Assembly (NCBI RefSeq): GCF_018350175.1
Contig: NC_058368.1
Coordinates: 199,394,001 to 199,458,000 of the forward strand
Length of the DNA: 64,000 nucleotides
Reading direction: 5' to 3'
DNA from: Felis catus
Lineage: Eukaryota
Made by a program: the position numbers and the translations under genes. Positions 12,173 through 25,289 of this stretch are shown here, one piece after another (position 1 is the stretch's first letter; each line of letters starts with the position of its first letter). The notes under the pieces are model-generated. The model made no database searches. It was not told where the DNA came from and saw nothing but the letters and a program-made list of their open reading frames with translations.

Positions 12173-14249
12173 ATGGCCCATTGAATTCTTGGCAGATCTG
12201 TTAGACATTTACTTCTAGTTTCTAATTTTGGGCCTTTTGTTTGAGGGAGGTGGATCCTTGTTTACTAGGACCTGAGTGGAGACGCCTAAGCCCAGGGGCC
12301 ACAATGAGGTAGCCATTTTTAGTTACTTTCCACCTGGGCTGAATATGAGCCAGAAGATAAGAGGCAAAACATATCCCATTATCAGGCCCCTAAGCCATTG
12401 ACTGCCCTGATTTCTCTCACGGATATTCTTGTTTCAATGCCAGTAAGCCCACATACTCTGTTTGTGGTGGCTTGGAGCCAAAATCCAGGTGTGATATTCC
12501 AAAGCATTCTTGTAGAGGAGTTTTCAGCTGGTATTTTGTTTGCCCGCATTTTTGGCCAGTCTCAATCCTTTGGGAGCCAAAAGCTTACAGAACTGTAACA
12601 TTTCTAGCTCTTACCATACCTGTTTATAAAATATGCATGAATACAGACTTTACACAATGTGTCTGTAGCCTTCGGTGACCCCTTCCTTGCCTTTCTCTTT
12701 CTTCAGGAAATTCCAAGAGGCTGTAGAAACACCTCCTATCTAGCTAGTATTCATTGGAAATCTGGTATCCTCACAAAGTGCCCTGAGCACCCTGGCATGA
12801 AAAAAAGGCACTTTTTAAAATCATGGTGTGTTATTCCTAGTTCTTAGAGGAAGACCATTCTCAAATGTTCATCCTAAGACAGCCCTGGAGGAAAATCATA
12901 ATAAGTATACTAGCCATAAATAAATGTTACCACTCTATTCGTTGTAGGAAAAGACATAAAAATAATCTAGATTTGGATTTTGGTGGGTTTGGCTTCGGGA
13001 ATCATAGTCATTCCCTAAACCTCCCCCGCTTTGGCTTCTTTGGGGCCGTTGTGTTGTTCCTCTCATTTGGGGGCTCACATGTGTGTGTTCTGGCTGGCTC
13101 TGTGATTTCCTCCTGTGCTCACCTCTGCCTCTGCTCTAGGCCTTATTATCTCTGGTGTCTGTCTTGGCCTCTGCAGGGCAGTGGGGCACGTGGAGGGAGA
13201 CGAGTCAGTAGACAGAGACTTATGGTGGAGGGTCTGCAGGCAAGTTAGGTTCCTATTACTTTCATTGTTGACATGTAGACTCTCCCAATCTTATTTCTGT
13301 TATCTGTAAAATGGGAAAAATGCTCTGTTATTTCTTCACCCTACACATTAATTGAGAGGACTTTGCCTTGTTCACTAAATCTAGGACAATTCCTGGTGCC
13401 TAGTAGCCACACAATAAATATGTGTTGAATGAATAGATAAACATCATGTAAAAGTCTCCAATTCTAAATGAATTTAAGGTACAGCCTTTTGGGAGAGGAT
13501 GTTGCACTTTAAATTAGTCTGTTTTTAGTACACAGAAGATAAAATAAAAAATTTTGACATTATTTCTGCCTTGACTTGCTTCTTGCCCTGGGCCACGCAA
13601 CTATCGGAAGAGCACAAGGAATGAGATTATCATAGATCTTTTGATATCAGTACTGAGGGGCCTTTCAGAGCGTCAGTATGATTTTAGTGGAAAAATGCTT
13701 TTTACTGTTTATTGTGTACTTTTTAAAGGAGAATGATTGTATAGAATCTTCATCTAGATTTTTTGCGCCTCAGTTTTTAAGATTCACATGAAGAAGAAAA
13801 CTAGATATAGGATATGGGATTTAAGTCCACTGCATTGTATATTTCCTGGAGACTTTGAAGCAGGGAGTACCCTGGCCTCACCCTGCACCTCAGGGAGAGT
13901 GAAGGCATCTACAGTCTGTGCCTGAGTCTTGATTCATAAGCATGATATACACACCTTTGGGCTTGCGTGTGTGTGTGTGTATGCGTGCACACATGCACGC
14001 ACACACACATACACACACACATAATTAGGACAGGGGCAGCTCATTCAATGACTAAACTTGATGCTGACAAGTGCAACTTTAGCTAAGATTCTTTGTTGCA
14101 CTACTGAACTTTAGAGAGCTAGAGCTTGCATATGTTTTTGTTTACTCAGTGGTAATTTTTCTTTTTTGAACATCCTTGTGATCAGAAATTGAAATGTTAG
14201 GATATCTTCTGCCATTGGTAATCTGCCTGATCTTTTAGCTAAAAACCTC

Positions 14250-14598
14250 AGGACTACTTCAAACTTAAGATTTTTAGATTTATGTTTTAGAGATTTTAGA
14301 TTTTATACTGTAGATTTTTTTTTTAAATAAAGGCAATAAGGTACATTTACTGTTATGTGACACCCTCATCAGGGTCTGGACTATTATCCACAGTCAATCA
14401 AGTTTGTGTAATAAAATGCATATTTATACGGAGAGAGACAAATGAAGACTGTGAATAGCCTCATGGAGAGTCAAGTCAGATTTGGCCAACAAATGAGTTT
14501 AGGTGAAGTCAGGTTTTGCACTTGAATTTATGAAAAATGCCTTTTGATTTTTAGAAAATTTTAGATATTTGGACTATGAAAAAAGTATTGTAGACTAT
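14250..14598. mobile_element. MER46C-like TcMar-Tigger fossil
   Basis: Reverse-complement similarity to the element at 62350-62662 (aatagcctcat...tcagatttggccaacaaatgagttt...tcaggttttgc). Confidence 0.6.
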
Positions 14599-14792
14599 TA
14601 TTAAATAGCTTTATTTTTTAGAATTCCATTAAGAGAGAAACTTTATTTTATCCAGAGCCTTGTGGAGGAAGTTAGGTGGTTTGCCTTGAAGTCTATTCTC
14701 CTCCATAGAAATTCTGCAGTGTTTCTGCTCACAGTCATTTGAAAATAAGCTCAATGTATTTCCTGGTGCGGGCTGTTAAAATGGCTTGGATT

Positions 14793-14806
14793 CCACTAGA
14801 GGGCAG
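14793..14806 (+). promoter_or_regulatory. candidate CTCF binding site
   Basis: CCACTAGAGGGCAG is an exact match to the core CCASYAGRKGGCRS, in sequence with no recognisable repeat. Confidence 0.6.
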
Positions 14807-14994
14807 TTGGTCCTTATCTCAGTGGACTTTATGGTCACCAGATTGTCATCGCCTAATTAGGTAATTTTTGCCACTGACCACCACTCATTTCTGTTTCTGT
14901 TCTGCACCTCTCTGTCTTACTTGGCACCACCCACACATCTATATGTCCGTGATGTCCTTGCTTACATTTCCAGCCTATACTGCTATTCTGCTAT

Positions 14995-15248
14995 ATACTA
15001 TACTGCTTTTCTGCTTTTCTGAGCTCCTGCTTAGTATCTCTAGTTGGTTGTTTTGAAGAACATTCATTTAATCTGGACATATCGAAGATCAACCTCAAGA
15101 ACTCTATTGACTGTTCTCTACCCCCATACTATACTGCTTTTCTGAGCTCCTGCTTAGTATCTCTAGTTGGTTGTTTTAAAGAACATTCATTTAATCTGGA
15201 CATATCGAAGATCAACCTCAAGAACTCTATTGACTGTTCTCTACCCCC
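14995..15248. repeat. tandem duplication, 131 + 123 bp
   Basis: Copies 14995-15125 and 15126-15248 differ by one substitution and one 8-bp indel. Confidence 0.97.
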
Positions 15249-15674
15249 AATTCTCTTTTTCTTGTGCTCCTTGGTTCAGGGAAAACCACCACTATCTATT
15301 TGCTTATGCAAGCCTTGGAACCTAGGCTTCGTCGTTGACACTCCCTTTTCTTATATAGTTCCAAATCCTTTCTGTTTTATTTTCCAAATACTTCTCATTG
15401 TCTGCCTACTTTTCTATGTCTTCTAGCTATCACATTCTTTTGCTTTGTTACTAGCCACCTAACTGGTCTCCTACCTCTAGCATGCCTCTCTGCCTTATAC
15501 CAAATTTCTCTCATGCCTCTGCTTCTCTTATTACCAACTCTAGACCTTTCAATCACTCTCAGCTTCTATGCTCACACCTGTAAATCTCTATCCACCATGA
15601 ATTACTGTTTTTTAAGCATGTGAATGCCCAATGAACTACGGAAGATGGTAGTAAGACCCAAGGTCTTCATAATG

Positions 15675-16125
15675 TGGTGGACTATCATTCATTTACCATT
15701 CTTCTATTAGTGGATATTAAGAGACATATAACGGTTTCTACATTTTATTTCAATTATAAACCATGCTATATTGAACCGCCTACTTTGGTGCACATATTGA
15801 GTTTTTCTCTGTATGGAGTCCTGAAAGTGGAATTGCTAGATCAAAGAATTTGCACATTTTACATTTTGATAGATACTGTCAAATTGAGTCAATATATACT
15901 ATTTGAGAATGCTTGTTTCTACTTGTCAAGACCTATTATTTAAATAATTATTTAAATTAAATGTCACCTGATGGATGAAAATATTTCATTATTGTTTTGG
16001 TTTGTAATTTTCTGAATAAAACATGGAGGGGAATCTGTGTGTTTAGTGGAGATCTATCTATCTATCTATCTCTTATCTTTAGCCCTTTTTTAAAAACTTT
16101 TTTTTTAATTTAGAAAAGCTCTTCA
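15675..16125 (-). mobile_element. ancient L1 (L1ME-like) fragment
   Basis: aaagtggaattgctagatcaaag...tttacattttgatagatactgtcaaattg. Confidence 0.65.
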
Positions 16126-16127
16126 TA

Positions 16128-16300
16128 GTCATTTGTTTAATCAACAAGCACTAATAACCACTGACATTGTGTAGGCATAATGCTAGGTATTGGGATTTCA
16201 GAGAACACAATACAATATACAATATATAGTACCTGCCCTCTTAAGAGTGGTCTGATTGGTGGGAATGAAGACTTGTAGAGAAAATAAATGCCATAAGATG
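16128..16300 (-). mobile_element. L2 fragment
   Basis: tcatttgtttaatcaacaagcac...tgctaggtattgggatt...cctgccctc. Confidence 0.65.
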
Positions 16301-17030
16301 TTACAGCTGTTAGATGAATTACCTCCTTAATACAGGGTTGTGTGGCACTTGCTTATCAGTCACCTGAGAGGGAGAAAAATTGAAAATGGCATAAAATTTC
16401 ATCTCTCTAGTAATTTATTGCTCTATCCTTAAATGTAACTGTTTACATATTTAAGTCAGTAATTATTGCTTATGCTACTATTTCCTAAGGTTATAGAACT
16501 AATCATAAAGACTCTTTGAGATAATTTAGCATTTTAATATAAAATGGTTTTTTACTCTATCTTTAATTGTAGTGATGTTCCCACTCAACTAGATCAGAGA
16601 CCTTTGAGAGCTTCCATGACCTTCCACTGCACACATTTAAGCGGGCATATTCAGACACACACAGATAGAATTACACAGATGCAGCTGAGCCAACTGGTAT
16701 TATGAGAAAGGACTAGACCGAATGCTAGTGACTAGGTTGTTATTTGGGTGAAGAGGATCCTCCAGCTGTGGAGACCCACATACATGAGAACTCTATTTGC
16801 CAGTTAAAACAAAGCTGATTTAATACATCAGTGAGGCAGTTTATTAAGCACTATAGAAATCTGAGTGAGTTAGTAGGATAGTAGGTGACTTACTTATGTT
16901 TAGGAAGAGGGTTGATTATCAAATAGAAAATTTAAAAACTCATTTGTCTATACACTAATGATGAAGCAGCAGAAAGAGAAATTAAGAAAACTCATTTATA
17001 ATTGCATCAAAAATAATAAAATACCTAAAC

Positions 17031-17238
17031 ATTTTTTTAAATTTATTTCGAGAGGGAGAGAGGAAGAGTGCACATGCACGAGTAGAAGAGCAGAGAGAGA
17101 AAGGGAGAGAGAGAATTCCAAGCAGGTTCTGTGCTGTCAGCCCCTGATGTGGGGCTCAAACTCACGAACCGTGAGATCATGACCTGAGCTGAAATCAAGA
17201 GTTGGACGCTTAACCGACTGAGCCACCCAGGAGCCCCC
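17031..17238 (-). mobile_element. CAN-SINE inside L1
   Basis: Head, GA tract and T-tail present. Confidence 0.95.
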
Positions 17239-18247
17239 TTAGGAATAAACTTAACCAAACAGATGAAAGATGTAAATTCTGAAAACTATAAAACTTTCTT
17301 GGTGAAAGAAATTGAAGATGACACAAACAAATGGAAAGACATTCCATACTCATGGATTGGAAGAACAAATATTGGTAAAATGCCTATACTACCCAAAGCA
17401 ATTTACAGATTTAATGCAATCCCTATCAAAATCCCAACAGCATTTTTCATAGAACTAGAACAAACAATCCTAAAATTTTTGTGGAATCCCAAAAGACCCT
17501 GAATAACCAAAGCAATCTTGAAAAAGAAAAACAAAACTGGAGGTATCACAATTCCAGACTTCAAGTTATATTACAAAGCTGTAGTAGTCAAAACAGTAAA
17601 ATCGCATGGTGCTCACACAAAAATAGACACATACATCAGTGGAACAGAATAGAAAGCCCAGAAATAAACCACAGTTATATGGTCAAATCAATCTTTGGCA
17701 AAGGAGACAAGAATATGCAATGGGAAAAGACAGTCTCTACAACGAATGGTGTTGGGAAAACTGGACCACTTTCTTACACCATACACAAAAATGAACTCAA
17801 AATGGATTAAAGACCTACATGTAAAATCTGAAACCATACAAAACCTGGAAGAGAGCATAGGCAGTAATGTCTCTGATTGACCATAACAATATCTTTCTAG
17901 ATATGTCTCCTAAGGCAATGGAAACAAAAGTAAAAATAAAATGTTGGGACAACATAAAAATAAAAAGCTTCTGTACAGCAAAAGAAACCACCAACAAAAC
18001 TAAAAGATGACCTATTGAATGGGAGAAGATATTTACAAGTGACATATCTAATAAAGGGTTAATATCCAAAATATATAAAGAACTTGTATAACTCAACACC
18101 ACAAAAAAATAATAATCTAATTAAAAATGAGCAGAGGATATGAACAGACATTTCTCCAAAGAAGACATAGAGATGACCAACAGACACATGAAAAGATGTT
18201 CAGCATCACTTATCATCAGGGAAATGCAAATCAAAACCACAATGAGA

Positions 18248-18428
18248 GGGGTGCCCGGGTCTCTCAGTCGGTTAAGTGTCCGACTCTTGATCTCAGCTCA
18301 GGTCATGATCTCATAGTTTGTGAGATCAAGTCCTGCATCAGGCTCTGTGCTGACATTGTGGGGCCTGCTTGGGATTCTGTCTCTCACTTTCTCTCCCTCT
18401 CCCTCACTTGTGCTTGTGCTCTCTCTCT

Positions 18429-18460
<32 letters not shown>

Positions 18461-18465
18461 GAAAA
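18248..18465 (+). mobile_element. CAN-SINE inside L1
   Basis: TSD aaaccacaatgaga / aaaacataatgaga. Confidence 0.95.
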
Positions 18466-19871
18466 ACATAATGAGATATCACCTTGCACCTGTCAGAATG
18501 GTTAAAATAAAAAACTCAGGAAAAAGTGTTGGTGAAGATGTGGAGAAAAAGGAACCCTCTTACATTGTTGGTAGGAATGCACACTGGTGTAGCGACTGTG
18601 GAAGATTGTATGAAGGTTCTGCAAAAAATTAAAAGTAGAACTATGCTATGATCCAGTAATTGCATTACTGGGTTTTTACCCAAAGAATTCAAAAACACTA
18701 ATTCAAAGGGATATATGCATCCCTATGTTATTGCAGCATTATTTACAATAGCTAAATTATGGAAGCAGCCAAGTGTTCATAGATAGATGAATGGATAAAG
18801 AAGGATATGGATAAATGAATGTGATATATGTACACAATGGAATATTATTCAGCCATAAAAATGAATGAAATCTTGCCATTTTCAACAACATGGGTAGAGC
18901 TAGAGACTATAATGCAAAATGAAATAAGTCAGGCAGAGAAAGACAAATACCATATGATTTCACTCATGTGGAATTTAAGAAAAAAAAATGAGCAAAGAAA
19001 AAAAAAGAGAGTCAAACCAAGAGACAGACTCTTAACTGTAGAGAACAAACAGATGGCTACCAGAGGGGGGTTGGGTGGGGCGATGAGTGAAATAGATGGA
19101 GATTAAGAATTACACTTGTCTTGATGAGCACTGAGTAATATATGAAACTGTTGAATCACTGTATTGTACACAAGAAACAAAACTAATACTGTATGTTAAC
19201 TATACTGAAGTTAAAAAAAAAACAAAACTCCTCTTATTGGTACAAAAGTTGCTGGCAATTATTCTCTTCTTAAAGTAGAAGGCAAAAAGGTGGTTCAGAT
19301 TTGCTGAGAATGAGCTCACTGTGAATTTAGGTTGGCAGAAGAGTAGGTAGTCTTATTTCTTTTTAAGCATACTCCCAGTTTAACAGACTAGAAAGGAGGT
19401 ATGGAGTGGGCAGGATTATTGGTCAGGTCATTACAATGAAGTGCATGATGCCCTCCTCCAGGCTCTATAACTGTGGTAAGAACCCTCAAAAATGGTGAGG
19501 GTAGGGAGGAGGGAGTCAGAAGGATGATAAAACTGTGAAATGTGATAGTACATGCAATAGCTTGTAAACTGTGAGGTTTATAGGTATAATTTTCTGTAAA
19601 AATATAAATCCCTGCCACCAGCATAGAATGTCACTTATAGAATGGGTTTATAAGCAGCAATCTGGTTGGAAAAGAACACGGTTCAAAGTTGTGTTTGCAT
19701 AGCAAACACCTTGTTTTTGTTTAGATTGTGTGTGGGTTGGTAGGAAAGGTAGGAGTGTAGATTATGGGTCACTACAACACCACATGCATCCCCAAGAGAT
19801 CCTATGGCACCACCACTGAACCTCACAAATATTTTGTCAAGATAGACACTGAAAACAGAGATAAACTCTGA

Positions 19872-19885
19872 CCGCCATCTTGTGG
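19872..19885 (-). promoter_or_regulatory. candidate CTCF site overlapping a YY1 motif
   Basis: Minus strand CCACAAGATGGCGG (one mismatch to the CTCF core) contains the YY1 consensus AAGATGGCGG. Confidence 0.45.
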
Positions 19886-21024
19886 AGGGATCTACCATTA
19901 CCAAGTCAGATTGAGTGTGAGGTGTTAGCGGGGGATGGGCTGAGAGGGAGATGAAAGCCCCAGGCATATGTTTTTTTCTCCCTTGAGGATTCTGGTAGGG
20001 ACTATAGGTGAGATAAAACCACTCAGATAACAAAATTTGCCACCTGGCAGGAGAGCTGTATTACCTGAGCCTGTAGAGGAGTCTTTCCTTAAACTGATTT
20101 AGAGTTTCTATAGCATGGAGGATGTGGAATAGCTTCAAGGGAGTATTTGTCATTCTTTATCTCCTTGTTTCCAGATCCCTAGCTTGGAAAGGTATTTTTC
20201 TCACATTCTTCAGGGTTCAAAGAGCTTACTGAACAACAGACACTCAATATTTATTCTTCAGTATTATTCTATTATATGCCACACCAGAGCACATTTGTTT
20301 TCACAACATTTAATTAGATTTCCCGGAAATGGAAAAGCCATTTGCTTTTTTATGGATTTACTATCAGTCTGAAACCTAAGAACCTTTCCAATATTTTAAT
20401 ACAAACCAGTCATACTGACTTAAATTAAAGGAATGTGTTCAAAGTAGGAATAACACTGATAAAAGAGGCTTTTGATATGTCCCGGATAGCACCCAGCCTG
20501 ACAGGATGACATTTTGGTGAAAGTGAGTAAGACATGGTATCAAAGGGAGACTTTTCTTTCTTGAAATATTTAAAACATAGTTTGCTTTTCACTTGGCACA
20601 ACAACAACAACAACAAAAGAAACCACGTGGCCATTTTTCACTTTGCAAAGCATTCTTTACAGATGCCTGTCTAGTTGTTCTTGGATGGCTTCAGGGCACT
20701 GACACCGCATTCATCTTTTGAAAGTTCTCTACCAGGTCCAAGTGGATGTTGTTGATCCCAGGAATGGGTGAGGCACATCATGCCTTTCAAAGGTTCAGCA
20801 TTTTATTTGTCTGTAATGTAGCATGCTCACGAACATATCTGGCGGAAGATTGTGTCTTTCACTGTATCTAGAACCTCATAGGACAAGAGCATTCTATGTT
20901 TCTAATGTAGATTTGGCAGCAGTACCTGGTGCAATGCTTACTTAGCACATAATAGGTGCTGAATGAATGCTCCAAGACAGAAGGGTCTAGCTATTATCTG
21001 CAAGCTTAGAAATCTACTGACATT

Positions 21025-21242
21025 CTTTTTTTTTAAAATAAAAGATTTATTTATTTTGAGAAAGAAAGAGAGAGTATATATGCACATTAGCAGGGGAGGA
21101 GCAGAGAGAGGGAGAAAGTCCCAAGCAGGCTCCATGCTCAGCACAGAGTCCAACACAGGGCTTAATCTCACCACCATGAGATCATGACCTGAGCCCAAAT
21201 TAAGAGTCAGATGCTTAACTGACTGAGCCACCCCGGTGCCCC
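21025..21242 (-). mobile_element. CAN-SINE
   Basis: Typical head, GA tract and tail. Confidence 0.95.
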
Positions 21243-21299
21243 ATGAAATTCTTGAATAGATGTCTACAACAAACCCCTCTCCTAAAAAATGGCCCCAAC

Positions 21300-21492
21300 T
21301 GCTCTTTGCCATTTGGGACTGGATAATTCTTTGTTGTGGGGGGCTGTCTTGTGCATTGTAGATTTAGCAGTATCCCTGGCCTCTACCCACTAGATGCCAG
21401 TAGTATCCCTCAGTTTTGGAAACCAAAAATGTTTTCAGACATTGACAAATGTCCCTTGGGGTGCAAAAGTCACTCCCAGTTGCTAATCACTG
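21300..21492. mobile_element. MER20 (hAT-Charlie)
   Basis: ggataattctttgttgtgggg...ggcctctacccactagatgccagtag...cagacattgacaaatgtccc...cactg. Confidence 0.9.
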
Positions 21493-21789
21493 CCCTAAAC
21501 TAAGTGTGATTGTGTGGAGCAGATCTAGCTCTAGGCATGAGTTGAGTCAGCAGTAGTAAATAATGAAATATGATAGGAGCACCCTGGCAATGCCTTTTTG
21601 ACCAATAATACCTTTTCTGCCCTCAGCATCCTCTAGGAAAGCTGATCATAAACATCGTAGCTGGGATAGTTACAGAATGTTAAGAGCAAATGACTGAACA
21701 ATCAGCTAGGGAAATGGTTCATTTTTGATTTAAAGAAAAAGACAATCATTCAGGAGTCATGCAGTCACTTTTAGAAAGCTGGTGTCCAA

Positions 21790-21960
21790 GAGGTGATGTG
21801 GCGTAATGGGAACAAAAATGGAAAGGAAGTCAGGAGACTTGCATTTTAATCTTGGCTCAGCTACTGACCAGCTGTGTCTTGTAGGGGACTTCTCTTCAGT
21901 TTGGCTGATAACAAGGGGGATGAACTAAGTGACCCATAAGGGTCTTCCTAACATTGGTGT
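21790..21960 (+). mobile_element. MIR/MIR3 fragment
   Basis: ggaagtcaggagacttgcattttaatcttggctcagctactgaccagctgtgt. Confidence 0.65.
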
Positions 21961-23299
21961 GTGAAGAAATTACAGATTTGTTTATCTAATGAATAGCCTT
22001 TTATTACCTATTTTTACAGAGGAGGAGCAAGGCTTTGAAGGAATGCAGTGCAGGAATCAGAAAGGTGATTAGAAGTATGGGAAGATAAGTAACCGGGTTT
22101 AGGGAATGACAAAGTCTAAGATAAGGGAAATGGAATTTGTGCTAAAGAGAAATCAGAATGTACAAGGAAAACACAAAAAGCATTCAGTTTTGCTGTTTTG
22201 TGTATAAGTGTGTGTGTGTGCAAGTGTGCACATGTGCACATGTGCATGCAGGTTGGTGGTGGGGGTGCTGAATCAGCCACAGCTAGCAGGCTAGTTAGCT
22301 TCCCTTATGGCTCCTTAGGGAAGAGAGTTTACTCAGGAGAACAGTCTCTCTTGCCAAATATGAAAACCACCATCATAGGTTACTGAAAGCAATGGGCACT
22401 ATTGCATGTGTATGGAAGCTCTCACTGGAGCATTCAATGGATTCAACTGCATTACCTTATTTTGCAGATGCACATGTCAAAACAGTCCATAAATATTATG
22501 TTTAATGGAAACCAATGTCATGATTCATTGACTAAAAAAAGTAAAATTGCCTGAAAGATTCCAATATTCAATAACACAGAAACCAGGGTACGACAAACCT
22601 GGCTGGAATTTGGATGTTTGAAGAGTTTTTCAGCCATTTTGGGTTTGATGAAAGAGCAAGCTCATTTTATGAAGCAGCCTTAACCTTACTTTCTAAATAT
22701 GATGTGTATTTGAAGGGAAATTCAACCCATATGTTTTTGATTAATTTTACTTAAATCATCAAAATATTATTTCTTAAGGGTTGTTTGATGTCTAAGAAGT
22801 ATTTAAGCCCTTTGAATAATTTTTAAAATATATATATATATTTTCTCTTTAAAGCAGGAAATCACTTTTTAAAGAGTTTAGGTGGGTTTGGACACAAATG
22901 AGATTCAGACTTGAAATCCTGACCCTGTAAGATTAGGGAAAGTTTGAAACTTGCCAAAATAGACTCTCCCATTCCTCCCTAAAAATCAGTACCTTCTGAT
23001 ACTATATTGTCAGCAGAAATATTTGGGTATTGTCCAACAAAGTAAAATATTTTGTTATAGCTTTCTCCCAGTCTATAGGGTTCATAACCTCAGTAAACTT
23101 TGATTCCCCTCTCTCTCCTTTACGTCAGGTAAGTTACTAAGTTCTGTAGCTCTTTCAATCTGTCTCTTCCTCTTGCTTTTCATTGTCTTAACCCTTTTCA
23201 GGCTTTTATCACGCCAGGCCTAGATCACAGCATTTACCATCTGGCTCGTGCCTTTCCCTTTCTAGTCTCTCTGAGCTCCAATCAAATGTGTATGTTGTT

Positions 23300-23444
23300 G
23301 GGGTGCCAGGGTGGCCCAGTTGGTTAAATGTCCAACTCTTGATTTGGGCTCAGGTCATGATCTCAAGGTTGTGAGATTGGGCTCTGCACTGGGCATAGAG
23401 CCTGTTTAAGGTTCTCTCTCTTCCTGTTCCTCTGCCCCTCCTTG

Positions 23445-23495
<51 letters not shown>

Positions 23496-23504
23496 AAAAA
23501 AAAA
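23300..23504 (+). mobile_element. CAN-SINE with expanded (CT)n
   Basis: Perfect TSD gtgtatgttgttg (23288-23300 / 23505-23517). Confidence 0.95.
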
Positions 23505-23554
23505 GTGTATGTTGTTGCCTTTTAATCCTTACTCAAATCCTCACTAAACTCATT

Positions 23555-23748
23555 ATTTTTTCTAAATGTTTTATTTATTTTTGAGAGAGAGAGAGAGAAC
23601 GAGTAGGGGAGGGGCAGAGAGAGAGGGGGACAGAGGATCTAAAGTGGGCTCTGCACTGAATCTGATGTGGGGCTCGAACTCACAAACTGTGAGATCATGA
23701 CCTGAGCCACAGTCAGACGCTAAACCGACTGAGCCACCCAGGTACCCC
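23555..23748 (-). mobile_element. CAN-SINE
   Basis: Typical head, GA tract and tail. Confidence 0.95.
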
Positions 23749-24182
23749 AGTCATCATCACTCTTCTATTAAATAACCTCCAGTGGTTCCTAAAGCCCATG
23801 AATCCTTTAGTTTGCATTCACTGGTTCTCAGCATTGTTTGGCCCTTGCATACCTTTTTAAACATATCAGCCTTTGCTGACCAGTGGAAAATCTCTTCTCA
23901 GAGTGGCTTGGTTGCTTTGCCAGAAACAATACGTGTACTTAGGTCTGAGATGCCCTTTTTCCTCTTTCTCCTACTCATTCAGTGTGAGGGCTAACCTCAG
24001 TCTCACTTCCTTTCTGATGATTAGTACCCATGCTATCACTCTCTCCTTAGAGTTCTTGCATCACTCTCTCACCTTGTCTCTCTGAGTTTGTGCCTGATCT
24101 TATGCTGCTGTAGAGAATCCCTTTACTTCACAGATGTCTATGTCTTGCCTCCGTATCTGGACTGGAGACTTAGTTCTGCAGC

Positions 24183-24369
24183 ATTGGTTCTTCAAGTGTA
24201 GTCCCTGGACCATAGAATCAGCAACATCTGAGAATTTGTCAGAACTATAATTTTTTAGGTCTCGACCCAAAGTTGCTGAATCAGAAATTTCAAGTGTGGG
24301 GCCCAGCACTCTGTATGTTAACAAGCCTTCCATATGATTTGGATGCATGTTCACATTTGAGAACCACTG
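24183..24369. mobile_element. MER5A (hAT-Charlie)
   Basis: ggttcttcaagtgtagtccctggacc...ctgaatcagaaa...ggggcccagcactctgt...tttgagaaccactg. Confidence 0.9.
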
Positions 24370-25289
24370 TTGTAAAGAAAAAGACAAATCTTATGTTTCT
24401 TTGTATCTTCCACAATGCCAGGGAAAAGCTGAAACGAAGTTATTAAAATTCTAGATAACTTGAATTTTAAAACAATCTCTCAAAGACATGCAAAGGAGAG
24501 AATGAAAACGCTTTCAAAAGTTTGTTATGAAATTTTAAGAAATAAAAAGCTACTATTTCTTACTGATTGCTGTGAGGATTAGATGGATTGCTAGTTTATT
24601 AATAATTCTCTTAAGGAGAGTTTCTTAATTTTCCCCCTTTCTTAAGGATTTGAGTGTTGTTCAGCACTGAGTAATCAGATGATAGAATTCAGCACATTAT
24701 GTTTTTCTAACATTCTTGAAACTCTCAATCTGTAGTTTATAAATGATATTTTTCTTCGGAGATTGTGTGCTTGGTGGTCGTTTGTGAGCCTGGAGAATAA
24801 TTTCCTTCTATTTCCTATTAAAATCCTTTATGATAGCTTAGAACTCTCATGCAGTGATGAATGTTGCTACAGAATAAAAAAAATAATGATATACAGAGAA
24901 ATCAACCCTTTGCATATATCTATACACAATAGAGAAAAGTAAATTTAACTTATTATTTTTTAAGAAATATAAATATTGCATTCTTCTCTACTCTCTCCAA
25001 TCAAATTGTACACGTCACCACAGTTTACAGGCTTCAGTGCTGAGATTAGCTTTGACCCTGTCATATCTTTTCTGTACTTTCCAGGAAAGCTTATAGTCAG
25101 TGATGAACCGTGTTAAGTCCCCGGGTCTGGCAGGTTTGCCTGTTGGGCAGGCTTACAGTTGTCCTAAGCCAATTGACAATACCTGTACATTTGAGCCCAG
25201 GAAGATGACAGAGGATCCATGGGTCTTCCTTAAATTCCATTGGTAACAACCTGTGAGCCTGGTTTTTGATTAGAGGCAACAACAAGTTA

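Larger units (their letters stand above)
16940..19225 (+). mobile_element. 5'-truncated carnivore L1 (decayed ORF2 C-terminal half plus 3' UTR) with two SINE insertions
   Basis: ORF fragments translate to L1 ORF2 ([40 protein letters not shown]); multiple stops and frameshifts; A-tail near 19213. Confidence 0.95.

Noticed and set aside
12865..13309. Overlapping 127-aa and 64-aa ORFs with an acceptor at about 13139 and a GC donor at about 13240
   Set aside because: No recognisable domain; non-canonical donor running into a MIR; no supporting partner exons
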